A stretch of DNA of 64,000 bases from an uncultured Burkholderiaceae bacterium. Lineage in GTDB: Bacteria; Pseudomonadota; Gammaproteobacteria; Burkholderiales; Burkholderiaceae_C. Positions 46,673 through 55,587 of the stretch are shown here, piece after piece. The stretch covers positions 1,227 through 65,226 of the forward strand of contig CAYJLV010000022.1 of the NCBI GenBank assembly GCA_964371405.1, in the 5' to 3' direction. Numbering within the stretch: the first letter of the stretch is position 1; each line of letters begins with the position of its first letter. Both the position numbers and the translations under genes were made by a program. The notes under the pieces are model-generated. The model did not search any database and was not told where the DNA came from. It saw only the letters and a program-made list of their open reading frames with translations.

Positions 46673-47622
46673 ACGCGACGACGGGTGCACCGGCGGTCGT
46701 CGCCGACCGGCTCAGGCGCGTGTTCGGCGATTTCGTCGCCGTCGACGACGTGTCGTTCGAGGTCCGCGAGGGCGAGATCTTCGGCTTTCTCGGCCCCAAT
46801 GGCGCAGGCAAGACCACGACCATCAAGATGCTCGCCGGGCTGCTGCTGCCCAGTTCGGGCCGCGGCTCGGTCGCTGGCCTGGACATCCTGACCCAGAGCG
46901 AAACGATCAAGCGCCGCATCGGCTACATGTCGCAGCTTTTCTCGCTGTACGCCGACCTGAGCGTCGACGAGAACCTCGCCTTCTTCTCGGGCCTGTACGG
47001 CGTGCCGCGGCAGCGCCGCGCCGAACGTCGCGACTGGGCGCTGCAGATGGCAGGGCTGGTCGGCCAGGGCAAGCGGCTCACGGGCGAGCTGCCGCTGGGG
47101 TTGAAGCAGCGGCTGGCGCTCGGCTGCGCGGTGTTGCACGAACCGAAGATCCTGTTCCTCGATGAGCCGACTTCGGGTGTTGACCCGCTGTCGCGCCGGC
47201 GTTTCTGGGACCTGATCGACGCGCTCACACAGCAGGGCACCACGGTGTTCGTCAGCACGCATTACATGGAGGAAGCCGAGTACTGCCACCGACTCGCGTT
47301 GATGAATCGCGGCCGGCTGATCGCGCTCGACACGCCGGCGCGGCTGCGCGCCGGCGTCAAGGAGCCGCTGCTGGAGTTGCACACAGACGACGGTCCGCGC
47401 GCTGTCGAAGCGCTGCGGAGCCTCCCTGGCGTCATCGAAACCGCGATGTTCGGGCGCGCGGTCCACGTCGCGCTGCGCGATCCGGCTGGTGCGCGCGAGG
47501 CGATCGCTGCTCGGCTGGCGGATCGCGGTCTTGCGCTGACCACGCTGAACCCGATTGCGCCCTCGCTCGAAGACGCGTTCGTGTCGATCGTGCGCGCCGC
47601 CGGCGGCGCGCCGGTGGGCTGA
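46669..47622 (+). CDS. ABC transporter ATP-binding protein (second of two)
   Basis: GTG 46669 overlaps the upstream stop (GTGA). Walker A GPNGAGKTT, signature-position LPLGLKQRL, Walker B LFLDEPT. Confidence 0.9.
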   Translation: MNATTGAPAVVADRLRRVFGDFVAVDDVSFEVREGEIFGFLGPNGAGKTTTIKMLAGLLLPSSGRGSVAGLDILTQSETIKRRIGYMSQLFSLYADLSVDENLAFFSGLYGVPRQRRAERRDWALQMAGLVGQGKRLTGELPLGLKQRLALGCAVLHEPKILFLDEPTSGVDPLSRRRFWDLIDALTQQGTTVFVSTHYMEEAEYCHRLALMNRGRLIALDTPARLRAGVKEPLLELHTDDGPRAVEALRSLPGVIETAMFGRAVHVALRDPAGAREAIAARLADRGLALTTLNPIAPSLEDAFVSIVRAAGGAPVG

Positions 47623-47636
47623 CGGAAGCGGCGGCG

Positions 47637-48752
47637 ATGAAACTTCAACGCCTGTGGACGGTGGCACGCAAAGAGGTGATCCAGCTGCGGCGCGACACGC
47701 GCAGCCTGATCCTCGCCTTCGCGCTGCCGCTGCTGCTGCTGGTTCTGTTCGGCTACGCGATCAGCTTCGACGTGCGCCACATCAAGACCTCGGTGCTCGA
47801 CCAGGACCAGTCGGCGCCGTCCCGCGCGCTGATCGACGCGTTCAGCGCCTCGGGCTATTTCGAGTTCGACGCCGGCATCTCCCGCACTGCCGACATCGGA
47901 CCGCTGCTCGACCGCGGGCAGGCGCAGCTGGTGCTCGTGATCCCGCCGGACTTCGCGCGCCGGCTCGGCAGCGGGCAAACCGCCGATGTGCAGGCCATCG
48001 TCGACGGCTCGGACGCCAACAGCGCGACCATCGTGCTGGCCTACGCGCGCGCGCTCGTGCAGTCGTTTGCGCTCGCCGCGCAACTCGACGGCCGCATCAT
48101 CGAGCGGCCGGTGAACGCGGCGAGCCGCGTCTGGTACAACGAACAACTCACCTCGCGCAACATGATCGTGCCGGGGCTGATCGCGGTGATCATGATGATC
48201 GTCGCCGCGATGCTGACCTCGCTGACGATCGCGCGCGAGTGGGAGCGCGGCACGATGGAGCAGCTCGCCGCGACGCCGGTGACGCGCGCCGAGCTGGTGC
48301 TCGGCAAGCTGCTGCCCTACGTGGCGATCGGCTTGGCCGACGTGGTGCTCTGCGCGGTGCTCGGCGTGTGGCTGTTCGGTGTGCCCTTCCACGGCTCGGC
48401 GCTGCTGCTGATGGCGCTGGCCGGCACGTTCCTGGTCGGCGCGCTGGGACTGGGCATCTTCATCTCGGCAGCGGCGCGCTCGCAGCTGCTGGCCACCCAG
48501 GTGGCGATGGTGGCAACCTTCCTGCCGGCGTTCCTGCTGTCGGGCTTCATGTACGCGATCGACGTGATGCCCAAGGCGCTGCAGACGGTGACCTACCTGG
48601 TGCCGGCGCGCTACTTCCTGGTCGTCACCCGCGGCATCTTCCTGAAGGGCGTCGGCGCCGAGGTGCTGCAGATCCAGGGCCTGCTGATGATCGCCTTCGC
48701 GGTCGTCGGCCTCACGCTTGCGATCCACGTCTTCCGCAAGGAGATCCGCTGA
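47637..48752 (+). CDS. ABC-2 type transporter permease (YbhS/YbhR-like)
   Basis: 371 aa. One N-terminal TM, a large loop and five C-terminal TMs. ABC-2 motif around EREWERGTMEQL. Confidence 0.85.
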   Translation: MKLQRLWTVARKEVIQLRRDTRSLILAFALPLLLLVLFGYAISFDVRHIKTSVLDQDQSAPSRALIDAFSASGYFEFDAGISRTADIGPLLDRGQAQLVLVIPPDFARRLGSGQTADVQAIVDGSDANSATIVLAYARALVQSFALAAQLDGRIIERPVNAASRVWYNEQLTSRNMIVPGLIAVIMMIVAAMLTSLTIAREWERGTMEQLAATPVTRAELVLGKLLPYVAIGLADVVLCAVLGVWLFGVPFHGSALLLMALAGTFLVGALGLGIFISAAARSQLLATQVAMVATFLPAFLLSGFMYAIDVMPKALQTVTYLVPARYFLVVTRGIFLKGVGAEVLQIQGLLMIAFAVVGLTLAIHVFRKEIR

Positions 48753-49858
48753 TGCGGCGCGAATCGCTGCAACGCATCTGGGAGCTGCTGCGCAAGGAGT
48801 TCCTGCAGATTGCGCGCGACCCGCGGCTCGTGCGCGTGATCTTCATCGCGCCGGTGATCCAGTTGATGGTGTTCGGCTACGCGGTGTCGACCGACATCCG
48901 CAACACCTCGACCTTCGTCGTCGACCACGACCGCACGCGGGCCTCGCGCGAGCTGGTCGAGGCGTTCACCGCGTCGGGCTACTTCGAGGTCGTCGGGCGA
49001 TCGGACCGGCCGGCCGACCTGGTGAGCGCGCTGCAGCACGGGGACGCCATCGTCGGCCTCACGCTGCCCGCGGGCTTTGCTGCGGCGATCGGCAGCGGCG
49101 CGCAGGTGCAGTTGCTGCTCGACGGCACAAACTCGAACACCGCGACGGTGGCGCTCGGTTATGCCGAGCGCATCGTGCAGAGCTTCGGAGCGCGCCATGC
49201 AGGCGGTGCGGCGCTGGCGATCGACCTGCGCGAGCGCGCCTGGTTCAACCCCGACCTGAAGAGCCGCGACTACAACGTGCCCGCAGTGGTCGGCGCGATC
49301 ATCCTGCTGGTGTGTCTGCTGCTGACCTCGCTGGCGGTGGTGCGCGAGCGCGAGATCGGCACGCTCGAGCAACTGATGGTGACGCCACTCACCGCCTTCG
49401 AGCTGATCGCCGGCAAGACCATCCCGTTCGCGCTGATCGGCCTGGTCGACCTGGGCGTCGTCACCGCCGTTGCGTTGTGGTGGTTCGAGGTGCCGTTCGC
49501 GGGCAACTTCTTCGCGCTGCTGCTGGCCAGCGTGCTGTTCCTGCTGTCGGGGTTGGGGCTCGGGCTGCTGATCTCGACCGTCTCGAAGACCCAGCAGGAG
49601 GCATTCATGACGAGCTTCCTGGTCTTCATGCCGACCATCCTGCTGTCGGGTTTCATGTTCCCGGTGACCAGCATGCCCGAAGCCTTTCAGTGGCTGACGC
49701 TGGTGAACCCGACCCGCCACTACCTGGAGATCGTGCGCGGCATCTTTCTCAAGGGCGTGGGCGTCGTCGAGCTGTGGGCACAGTTCGCGGCGCTGCTGCT
49801 TCTGGGAACTGCGCTGCTCGGTTTCGCGGGCGGGCGCTTCCGCAAGACCGTCGGATGA
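48752..49858 (+). CDS. ABC-2 type transporter permease (paralogue)
   Basis: ATG 48752 overlaps the upstream TGA. Same architecture as its paralogue, with the REREIGTLEQL motif. Confidence 0.85.
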   Translation: MRRESLQRIWELLRKEFLQIARDPRLVRVIFIAPVIQLMVFGYAVSTDIRNTSTFVVDHDRTRASRELVEAFTASGYFEVVGRSDRPADLVSALQHGDAIVGLTLPAGFAAAIGSGAQVQLLLDGTNSNTATVALGYAERIVQSFGARHAGGAALAIDLRERAWFNPDLKSRDYNVPAVVGAIILLVCLLLTSLAVVREREIGTLEQLMVTPLTAFELIAGKTIPFALIGLVDLGVVTAVALWWFEVPFAGNFFALLLASVLFLLSGLGLGLLISTVSKTQQEAFMTSFLVFMPTILLSGFMFPVTSMPEAFQWLTLVNPTRHYLEIVRGIFLKGVGVVELWAQFAALLLLGTALLGFAGGRFRKTVG

Positions 49859-50292
49859 GATTCGCGGACGACAATAGGACGACGATGACTGCAATTCAAA
49901 CCACTCGCCGACGCTGGATGATCGGGGCCTCGCTCGTTGCCGTGGTCTTCGGCCTGCTCACGCTGAAGGAAGGCGGCACGACCCTGTTCGGCGGCCCGCA
50001 GGCGCGCGCCGCCGCCGGCCAGATCGTGCCGTTCGTGCTGTGGTTCAACTTCCTGGCGGGCTTCGCCTACGTCATCGCCGGCGTCGGGCTGTGGATGCAG
50101 CGACGCTGGGCGCTTTGGCTGGCTGTGGCCATCACGGCGTCGACCGCCATCGTCTTCGCCGCCTTCGGCGTGCATGTGCTCGGCGGCGGTGCCTACGAGC
50201 CGCGCACCGTGATTGCGATGACGCTGCGCATCCTGGTGTGGGCTGCACTCGCCGCCATCGCGTGGACGGCGCTGGCGCCGCGCCGGACTTGA
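49855..50292 (+). CDS. small polytopic membrane protein, last gene of the efflux operon
   Basis: ATG 49855 overlaps the permease stop (ATGA); an alternative ATG is at 49885. About four TM helices. No family recognised. Confidence 0.5.
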   Translation: MRFADDNRTTMTAIQTTRRRWMIGASLVAVVFGLLTLKEGGTTLFGGPQARAAAGQIVPFVLWFNFLAGFAYVIAGVGLWMQRRWALWLAVAITASTAIVFAAFGVHVLGGGAYEPRTVIAMTLRILVWAALAAIAWTALAPRRT

Positions 50293-50478
50293 CCGATGCC
50301 ACGGTCACCGGCTCTGGTGATCGTCGGCGGCGTGTCGATGGTCGCGGCGATGGTCTGGTTCGGGTTCGCTGCGGTCGGGCTGCGGCTGCCCGGCGGCGGG
50401 CCGGCGCCGGTACCCTGCAGGGGGCGGCAAATCGACTCGACGCGTTCGGCAGCTACGCTGCGGCTACGCCAGAAAGAC

Positions 50479-50509
50479 CAACGGCCTAGGCATCACGCCT
50501 AAGCCGTTG
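50479..50509. terminator. 13-bp stem-loop downstream of the tRNA-Lys pair
   Basis: caacggcctaggc-atcac-gcctaagccgttg pairs at 12 of 13 positions. On the minus strand GTCTTTCT follows. It is also about 190 nt downstream of the efflux operon on the plus strand. Confidence 0.45.
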
Positions 50510-50516
50510 ATTCGAT

Positions 50517-50592
50517 TGGTGGGCCCTGTAGGATTCGAACCTACGACCAACGGATTAAGAGTCCGCTGCTCTACCAACTGAGCTAAGAGCCC
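50517..50592 (-). tRNA. tRNA-Lys (anticodon CTT)
   Basis: The reverse complement GGGCTCTTAGCTCAGTTGGTAGAGCAGCGGACTCTTAATCCGTTGGTCGTAGGTTCGAATCCTACAGGGCCCACCA folds by hand as a cloverleaf. Anticodon loop CTCTTAA. CCA is encoded. Confidence 0.9.
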
Positions 50593-50615
50593 CGGATTCG
50601 CACCGTCCTTGCGGA

Positions 50616-50691
50616 TGGTGGGTTGTGCAGGATTCGAACCTGCGACCAACGGATTAAAAGTCCGCTGCTCTACCGACTGAGCTAACAACCC
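50616..50691 (-). tRNA. tRNA-Lys (anticodon TTT)
   Basis: The reverse complement GGGTTGTTAGCTCAGTCGGTAGAGCAGCGGACTTTTAATCCGTTGGTCGCAGGTTCGAATCCTGCACAACCCACCA has anticodon loop CTTTTAA. CCA is encoded. Confidence 0.9.
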
Positions 50692-51506
50692 GTAGAGCGC
50701 GCCATTATATCGGTCCTTTCGAGCTGCCCGGCCGCGCAGCGGCGCAGCACTTCGCCGGCGGCCACCAGGCCGAAGGTCGCGGTCACGGCGACGCTCGATC
50801 CGTAGCCACTGCAGTTGAGGCTGCCGTCGGTGAAGGCCGCTGCGTCGTCGCCGCACACCTGCGGGCGCGCCACGTTCTCGCGCGAGTACACGCAGTCGAT
50901 GCCGATCGGCCCGCTGCGCGGCGCGCCGTGCTGCTTGCGCAGGCGCTGGCGCAGCGACGCGAGCAACGGGTCGTGCGTCGTCGCTGCGAGATCGGCCACT
51001 CCAACGTCCTGCGCGCGTTGCTTGCCGCCTGCCGCGCCGGCGACGAGGAGCGCATGGCTGCCCGCGAGCGCCCAGGCGGCAATCGCCGTCTTGGCTCGCA
51101 CCTGGTCGCAGGCGTCGATCACGGCGTCGACTTCGCAGGACAGCAGCGCGGGCCAGTTCGACTCGTCGACGAACTGGTCGACGACGCGCACGTCGCAGCC
51201 CGGATGGATCTGCGCGATGCGTTCGGCCAGCGCGGCGCCCTTGTGGCGGCCGATCGTCGATTCGAGCGCCTGCACCTGGCGGTTGAGGTTGCTCTCGGCG
51301 ACGTGGTCGAGGTCGATCAGCACGAGTTGCGCGACGCCGCTGCGCGCCAGCGCTTCGACGGCCCACGAGCCGACGCCGCCGAGCCCGACGACGACGACGC
51401 TCGCCGCGCGGATGCGCGCATAACCCGGCGCACCGTAGAGACGCCGCAGCCCGCCGAAGCGCCGCTCCAGGTCGGCGTCGGGCGGCAGCGGCTCGACCCG
51501 GTTCAT
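50682..51506 (-). CDS. tcdA: tRNA threonylcarbamoyladenosine dehydratase (ThiF/MoeB-family, TcdA/CsdL)
   Basis: RRFGGLRRLYG...VVVVGLGGVGSWAVEALARSGV...IDLDHVAESNLNRQ resembles TcdA. The ORF tail runs 10 nt into the tRNA gene. Confidence 0.85.
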   Translation of the reverse strand: MNRVEPLPPDADLERRFGGLRRLYGAPGYARIRAASVVVVGLGGVGSWAVEALARSGVAQLVLIDLDHVAESNLNRQVQALESTIGRHKGAALAERIAQIHPGCDVRVVDQFVDESNWPALLSCEVDAVIDACDQVRAKTAIAAWALAGSHALLVAGAAGGKQRAQDVGVADLAATTHDPLLASLRQRLRKQHGAPRSGPIGIDCVYSRENVARPQVCGDDAAAFTDGSLNCSGYGSSVAVTATFGLVAAGEVLRRCAAGQLERTDIMARSTGC

Positions 51507-52663
51507 GGCGTCGACGACGCAGCGCTGTGCGCGCGCGGCGGCGGTGCTTCAGCCTGGCGCTCGATGCGCCAGAGCTGGTAGCGCAGCCCCAGCACGGCGC
51601 CTGCGATGATGCCGCCGAGCGCGATGAAGCTGCCGAGTGCCAGCGTCGACAGCCCCGTGATGCCCTGCCCGATGGTGCAGCCGAGCGCGGTGACGCCGCC
51701 GACGCCCATCAGCGTCGCGCCGACGAGGTGGTTGGCGAGATCCTCGCGGCTGCGAAAGCCCTCCCAGCGGAAGTCGCGCGTCGCCAGCGCATGCGCCGCC
51801 GAGCCGGCGACGACGCCGACCACGGAAACGATGCCCAGGGTCAGCAGCTTGCTCTTGTCGCTGAAGAACATCAGCCAGTCGAGCGTGTAGGCGAACGGCG
51901 CGACGAAGGTCAGCGACTCCATGCGCTGCGAGTTCGTCGCGACGAATGCCTCCTGCAACGTGTTCGGATCCTCGGCAACGTAGCCGAGCCGCCCCGACAC
52001 CCACCACACCGCGGCGACGACGGCGCCGCTGCCGACGCCGCCGAGCAGCACCTCGCCGCGCCGCCCCTCCTCGCGCGACAGCACCCACGCCAGCATCGCC
52101 AGGCCGATCGCGCCGCCGAGCGCGAGCGCAAGCGTGCCCCGCGCGATGCCGCTGGCCGCGGCGAAGATCGACGGCAGATCCTGCCCGGTCGCGAACTCGA
52201 AGGCGACGCGGTCCACCGTCGCCACGCGCGCCACCGCCGTGATGCCGCGCAGTGTCGCGAACGCGGCGATGCCCATCACGAGGAAGACGACGAGCGACTT
52301 CAGGTTGCCGGTGCCGATGCGCACCAGCGTGCGGCTGCCGCAGCCCGACGCGAGCACCATGCCGATGCCGAACAGCAGGCCGCCGGCCAGCGCCGACAGC
52401 CAGCGCAACGTCGTCGTTGCGTAGATCGTGTCGGCCGCTTCGAGCCAGCCGAGAGCAACCATCGCGTTGAAGCCGAGCATCGCGACGGCCATCGCCAGCA
52501 CCCACATGCGCATGCGCGTCCAGTCGCCGAGACCGACGATGTCGGAGACGGCGCCCATCGTGCAGAAGCGCGTGCGCTGGCCGATCGCGCCGAACACGGC
52601 GGCGAGCGCGAACACGGCCCACAGCACGCGCGTCGCGAAGGCCTGAACGTCCACGTCCTGCAT
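51503..52663 (-). CDS. YeeE/YedE family sulfur-compound (thiosulfate-type) transporter
   Basis: Two repeats carrying conserved Cys motifs (RTRFCTMGAV, ASGCGSRTL, ALGCTIGQG). Its stop overlaps the tcdA start (ATGA). Confidence 0.85.
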   Translation of the reverse strand: MQDVDVQAFATRVLWAVFALAAVFGAIGQRTRFCTMGAVSDIVGLGDWTRMRMWVLAMAVAMLGFNAMVALGWLEAADTIYATTTLRWLSALAGGLLFGIGMVLASGCGSRTLVRIGTGNLKSLVVFLVMGIAAFATLRGITAVARVATVDRVAFEFATGQDLPSIFAAASGIARGTLALALGGAIGLAMLAWVLSREEGRRGEVLLGGVGSGAVVAAVWWVSGRLGYVAEDPNTLQEAFVATNSQRMESLTFVAPFAYTLDWLMFFSDKSKLLTLGIVSVVGVVAGSAAHALATRDFRWEGFRSREDLANHLVGATLMGVGGVTALGCTIGQGITGLSTLALGSFIALGGIIAGAVLGLRYQLWRIERQAEAPPPRAHSAASSTP

Positions 52664-52706
52664 CGATCGTCGCTCCGGATCCGGGCCGCGCGGCGCGCGG
52701 CGAAGC

Positions 52707-53507
52707 TCAGCGCAATGAGGCGAGCCGCTCGCGGCCGGCCTGCGCCGCTTCCGAGCCGGGGTAGGTCTTCATCAACTCGTCGATCGTGCGGCGCGCCGAC
52801 TTGGTGTCCTTCAGCTCGACCTGGCAATTGGCGATCGAGAGCATCGCCTCGGGGGCGCGCGGACTCGTCGGCGCGTTCTTGACGACGTTGCGGAACGAGA
52901 CGATCGCTTCCTTGTAGTCGCGCATGCCGTACTGCGCATTGCCGAGCCAGAACGTCGCCGAGTCGGCGTAGCCGCTGCCCGGCCAGCGCCGCATGAAGGC
53001 CGAGAGCGCCGCCGCAGCCGGGGCAAACTCGCCCTTGCGGAACACGGCGATCGCCTCGTCGTACATGCGCTTCTCGTCGACCTCGGCCATGAACTCCTTG
53101 CCGTCGACGCTCGCCTTCTGCGGCTCGAACTTGCGCATGCGCTCGTCGACGCCCTGCGTGATGTCCTTCTGCCGGCGCTGCAGCTCGGCGACGTCGCGCG
53201 CGAGCTGTTCGTCCTGGCCGCGCAGCTTGGCCATCTCGGCACGCGTCAGCTCGAGCTGGCTGTTGAGCTCGAGGATGCTGCGCTTCAACGCCGCGATCTG
53301 CTCGCCGAGCTGCGCGTTCTGCTCGGCCTGACGCGTGCGGCTTTCGTCGGCGCTCTTGTCGATGCGCTGGCGCAGATCAAGGATCGCGCGGCGCGCCTCG
53401 TCGTCGTCGAACAGGCCGGCGTGCGCCGCCGGCGCGAACGCGGCGACGCACGCCGCCGCGAGTGCGGCGCGATGCAGCACCGCCGCCATGCCTTGCAGGG
53501 AAGTCAT
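52707..53507 (-). CDS. cpoB: Tol-Pal system protein YbgF/CpoB
   Basis: Signal peptide, coiled-coil N-domain and C-terminal TPR (YDEAIAVFRKGEF ... FWLGNAQY). It lies downstream of pal. Confidence 0.85.
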   Translation of the reverse strand: MTSLQGMAAVLHRAALAAACVAAFAPAAHAGLFDDDEARRAILDLRQRIDKSADESRTRQAEQNAQLGEQIAALKRSILELNSQLELTRAEMAKLRGQDEQLARDVAELQRRQKDITQGVDERMRKFEPQKASVDGKEFMAEVDEKRMYDEAIAVFRKGEFAPAAAALSAFMRRWPGSGYADSATFWLGNAQYGMRDYKEAIVSFRNVVKNAPTSPRAPEAMLSIANCQVELKDTKSARRTIDELMKTYPGSEAAQAGRERLASLR

Positions 53508-53514
53508 CGCATCC

Positions 53515-54054
53515 TCACTTCGGGATCAGTTCGACACGCCGGTTCTTGGCCCAGGCCGCTTCGTCGCTGCCCTGCACCGCCGGGCGCTCCTTGCCGTAGC
53601 TGACGGCCTCGAGCTGGCTTTCGCTCGCGCCGAGCAGCACCAGCGACTTCAGCACCGCCTCGGCACGCTTCTGGCCGAGCGCCAGGTTGTATTCGCGGCC
53701 GCCGCGCTCGTCGGTGTGGCCTTCGAGCGTCATGCGCTTCTTGCGGTCAGCGGCGAGCGCCTTCGCGTTGGTGTCGACGATCGAGCGGTACTGGTCCTTC
53801 ACGACATAGCTGTCGTAGTCGAAGTAGATGGTGCGGCCTTCGCGCGAGTCGGCCCCCGCGCCCTTGGACAGGTCGACGCTCGTCACCTGCGACTGCCCGG
53901 CGCCGCCCGCACCCGCGCCGGCGCCGCCGGGGCCCACGCTGGTGCCGGTGCGCGACTCGACCGGCGGCTTGTCTTCGAGCGGCACGCTCGACGCGCAGCC
54001 CGAGATCAGTGCCACGGCGGCGAGGGCCCAGAGGGCGTTGCTGAAGGGTTTCAT
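53515..54054 (-). CDS. pal: peptidoglycan-associated lipoprotein Pal
   Basis: ATG 54054. Lipobox LISGC, a Gly/Ala-rich linker, and an OmpA-like domain (TLEGHTDERGGREYNLALGQKRAEAV). Confidence 0.9.
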   Translation of the reverse strand: MKPFSNALWALAAVALISGCASSVPLEDKPPVESRTGTSVGPGGAGAGAGGAGQSQVTSVDLSKGAGADSREGRTIYFDYDSYVVKDQYRSIVDTNAKALAADRKKRMTLEGHTDERGGREYNLALGQKRAEAVLKSLVLLGASESQLEAVSYGKERPAVQGSDEAAWAKNRRVELIPK

Positions 54055-54133
54055 CGTGGAAGGCTCCTTGTGGTGAATCGGGATCGGGTCGCGCAACCAG
54101 GCGCGCGCACCGTGTGTTCCGCAGGGGCAGGCG

Positions 54134-55435
54134 TCAGCGGCTGTACGGCCCCCAGGCGGGCTCGCGCACGTCGGCCAGCGACGAGACGAGGCGCGCCTTG
54201 ATCTTGCCATCGAGGGTGGTGGTCATCAACACGTCGCGCCCCTGGGCGCGCGTCGCATAGATGATCAGCCGGCCGTTGGGCGCGAAGCTCGGGCTCTCGT
54301 CTTCGGTGGTCTCGGTGACGGCCTGCGCCGAGCCGCCGGCGACGTCCATCACCATCAGCTTGAACGCGCCGCCCTGGCGCGTGATGTAGGCCAGCATGCG
54401 GCCGTCGGGGCTGATGCTCGGGCTGATGTTGTAGCCGCCCTCGAAGGTGACGCGCTGCACCGCGCCGCCGCCGGCGGGCATGCGATAGATCTGCGGGCCA
54501 CCGCCGCGGTCGCTGACGAAATAGAGCGACTTGCCGTCGGGCGCGAATACGGGCTCGGTGTCGATCGCGCTGCTCGTCGTCAGCCGCGTGACGCCGTTGC
54601 CGCCGCGGCCGAGCGCGTAGAGCTGCGAGCCACCGTCGCGCGTCAGCGTCGCGACGAGCTGGCGCCCGTCGGGCGACCAGGCCGGCGCGCTGTTCGAGCC
54701 GCGGAAGTTGGCGACCATCGAACGCTTGCCGGACCACACGTCCTGCACCCAGATCGCCGCCTTCTGTCCCTCGAACGAGACATAGGCCAGCTCGCGACCC
54801 TCGGGCGACCAGGCCGGCGAGATGATCGGCTCGGGGCTGTTGAGCGCGACCTGCGCGCCCTCGCCGTCGGCGTCGGCGATGCGCAGGGTGTAGTGGTTGC
54901 CTGCCTTCGTGACGTAGGCGATGCGCGTCGAGAACACGCCCTTCTCGCCGGTGAGCTTTTCGTAGACGTAGTCCGAGATGCGGTGCGCCGCGAGACGCAG
55001 GTCGCCGGCCGGCACGGCGCTGCTCTGGCCGCCGATCTCGGCGCCCTTGACGACGTCCCAGAGCTTGAAGCGCACGTCGAAGCGGCCATCGGCGAGCCGC
55101 GTCACCGAGCCGCCGACCAGCGCGTCGGCGGCGCGTCCGCGCCACTCGCTCATCGCCGGCTGCGCGCGCTCGTCGACTGTGGCGTTGTTGTCGATGCCCT
55201 TGAACAGGCCGCTGCGCTCGAGGTCGGCGCGCACGATCGCCGACAGCGCCAGGCCCGCGCTGTTCTCGTCGCGAAAGCGCGCGATCGCGATCGGCACCTG
55301 CGTCGCGCCGACGCCCGAGATCTCGACGCGGAATTGCGCGAGCGCCGGCCAGGCCAGGCCGGCGCTGCAGGCGCCGATGAAGCTGCGTCGTGGCCACATG
55401 ACTTTCGATGATCCGACAGGGGGCATTTGGTTCAT
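54134..55435 (-). CDS. tolB: Tol-Pal system beta-propeller protein TolB
   Basis: TolB N-domain plus WD-like repeats (PAWSPDG, PSISPDG, PSFAPNG). Start chosen at ATG 55435; an alternative is ATG 55399. Confidence 0.9.
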   Translation of the reverse strand: MNQMPPVGSSKVMWPRRSFIGACSAGLAWPALAQFRVEISGVGATQVPIAIARFRDENSAGLALSAIVRADLERSGLFKGIDNNATVDERAQPAMSEWRGRAADALVGGSVTRLADGRFDVRFKLWDVVKGAEIGGQSSAVPAGDLRLAAHRISDYVYEKLTGEKGVFSTRIAYVTKAGNHYTLRIADADGEGAQVALNSPEPIISPAWSPEGRELAYVSFEGQKAAIWVQDVWSGKRSMVANFRGSNSAPAWSPDGRQLVATLTRDGGSQLYALGRGGNGVTRLTTSSAIDTEPVFAPDGKSLYFVSDRGGGPQIYRMPAGGGAVQRVTFEGGYNISPSISPDGRMLAYITRQGGAFKLMVMDVAGGSAQAVTETTEDESPSFAPNGRLIIYATRAQGRDVLMTTTLDGKIKARLVSSLADVREPAWGPYSR

Positions 55436-55587
55436 TGCACCGCGCGGCGGTGGAGCCGCGATTCGTATCCGGATGTGTCGGCTGCGCGACGTCGCGCAGC
55501 AGCAGGCATTGTAGGCAGGCAGCCGGGGCCGCGCGGCCCCGGCGGGCGGAGGTTCCATAATCGCACCCGCCGCCATCTCCGCCCCGC

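Noticed and set aside
50296-50502. 68-aa ORF with one hydrophobic stretch between the efflux operon and the tRNA genes.
   Set aside because: It has no ribosome-binding site and an Arg/Pro-rich tail, and it overlaps the terminator-like hairpin. The evidence is insufficient to call a gene.
41920-50516. Idea that the TA remnant plus the efflux operon form a genomic island integrated at the 3' end of tRNA-Lys(CTT).
   Set aside because: There is no integrase. I found no convincing direct repeat of the tRNA 3' end at the far side, only a shared ATTGGT hexamer near 42562. The efflux genes also have backbone-like GC content.
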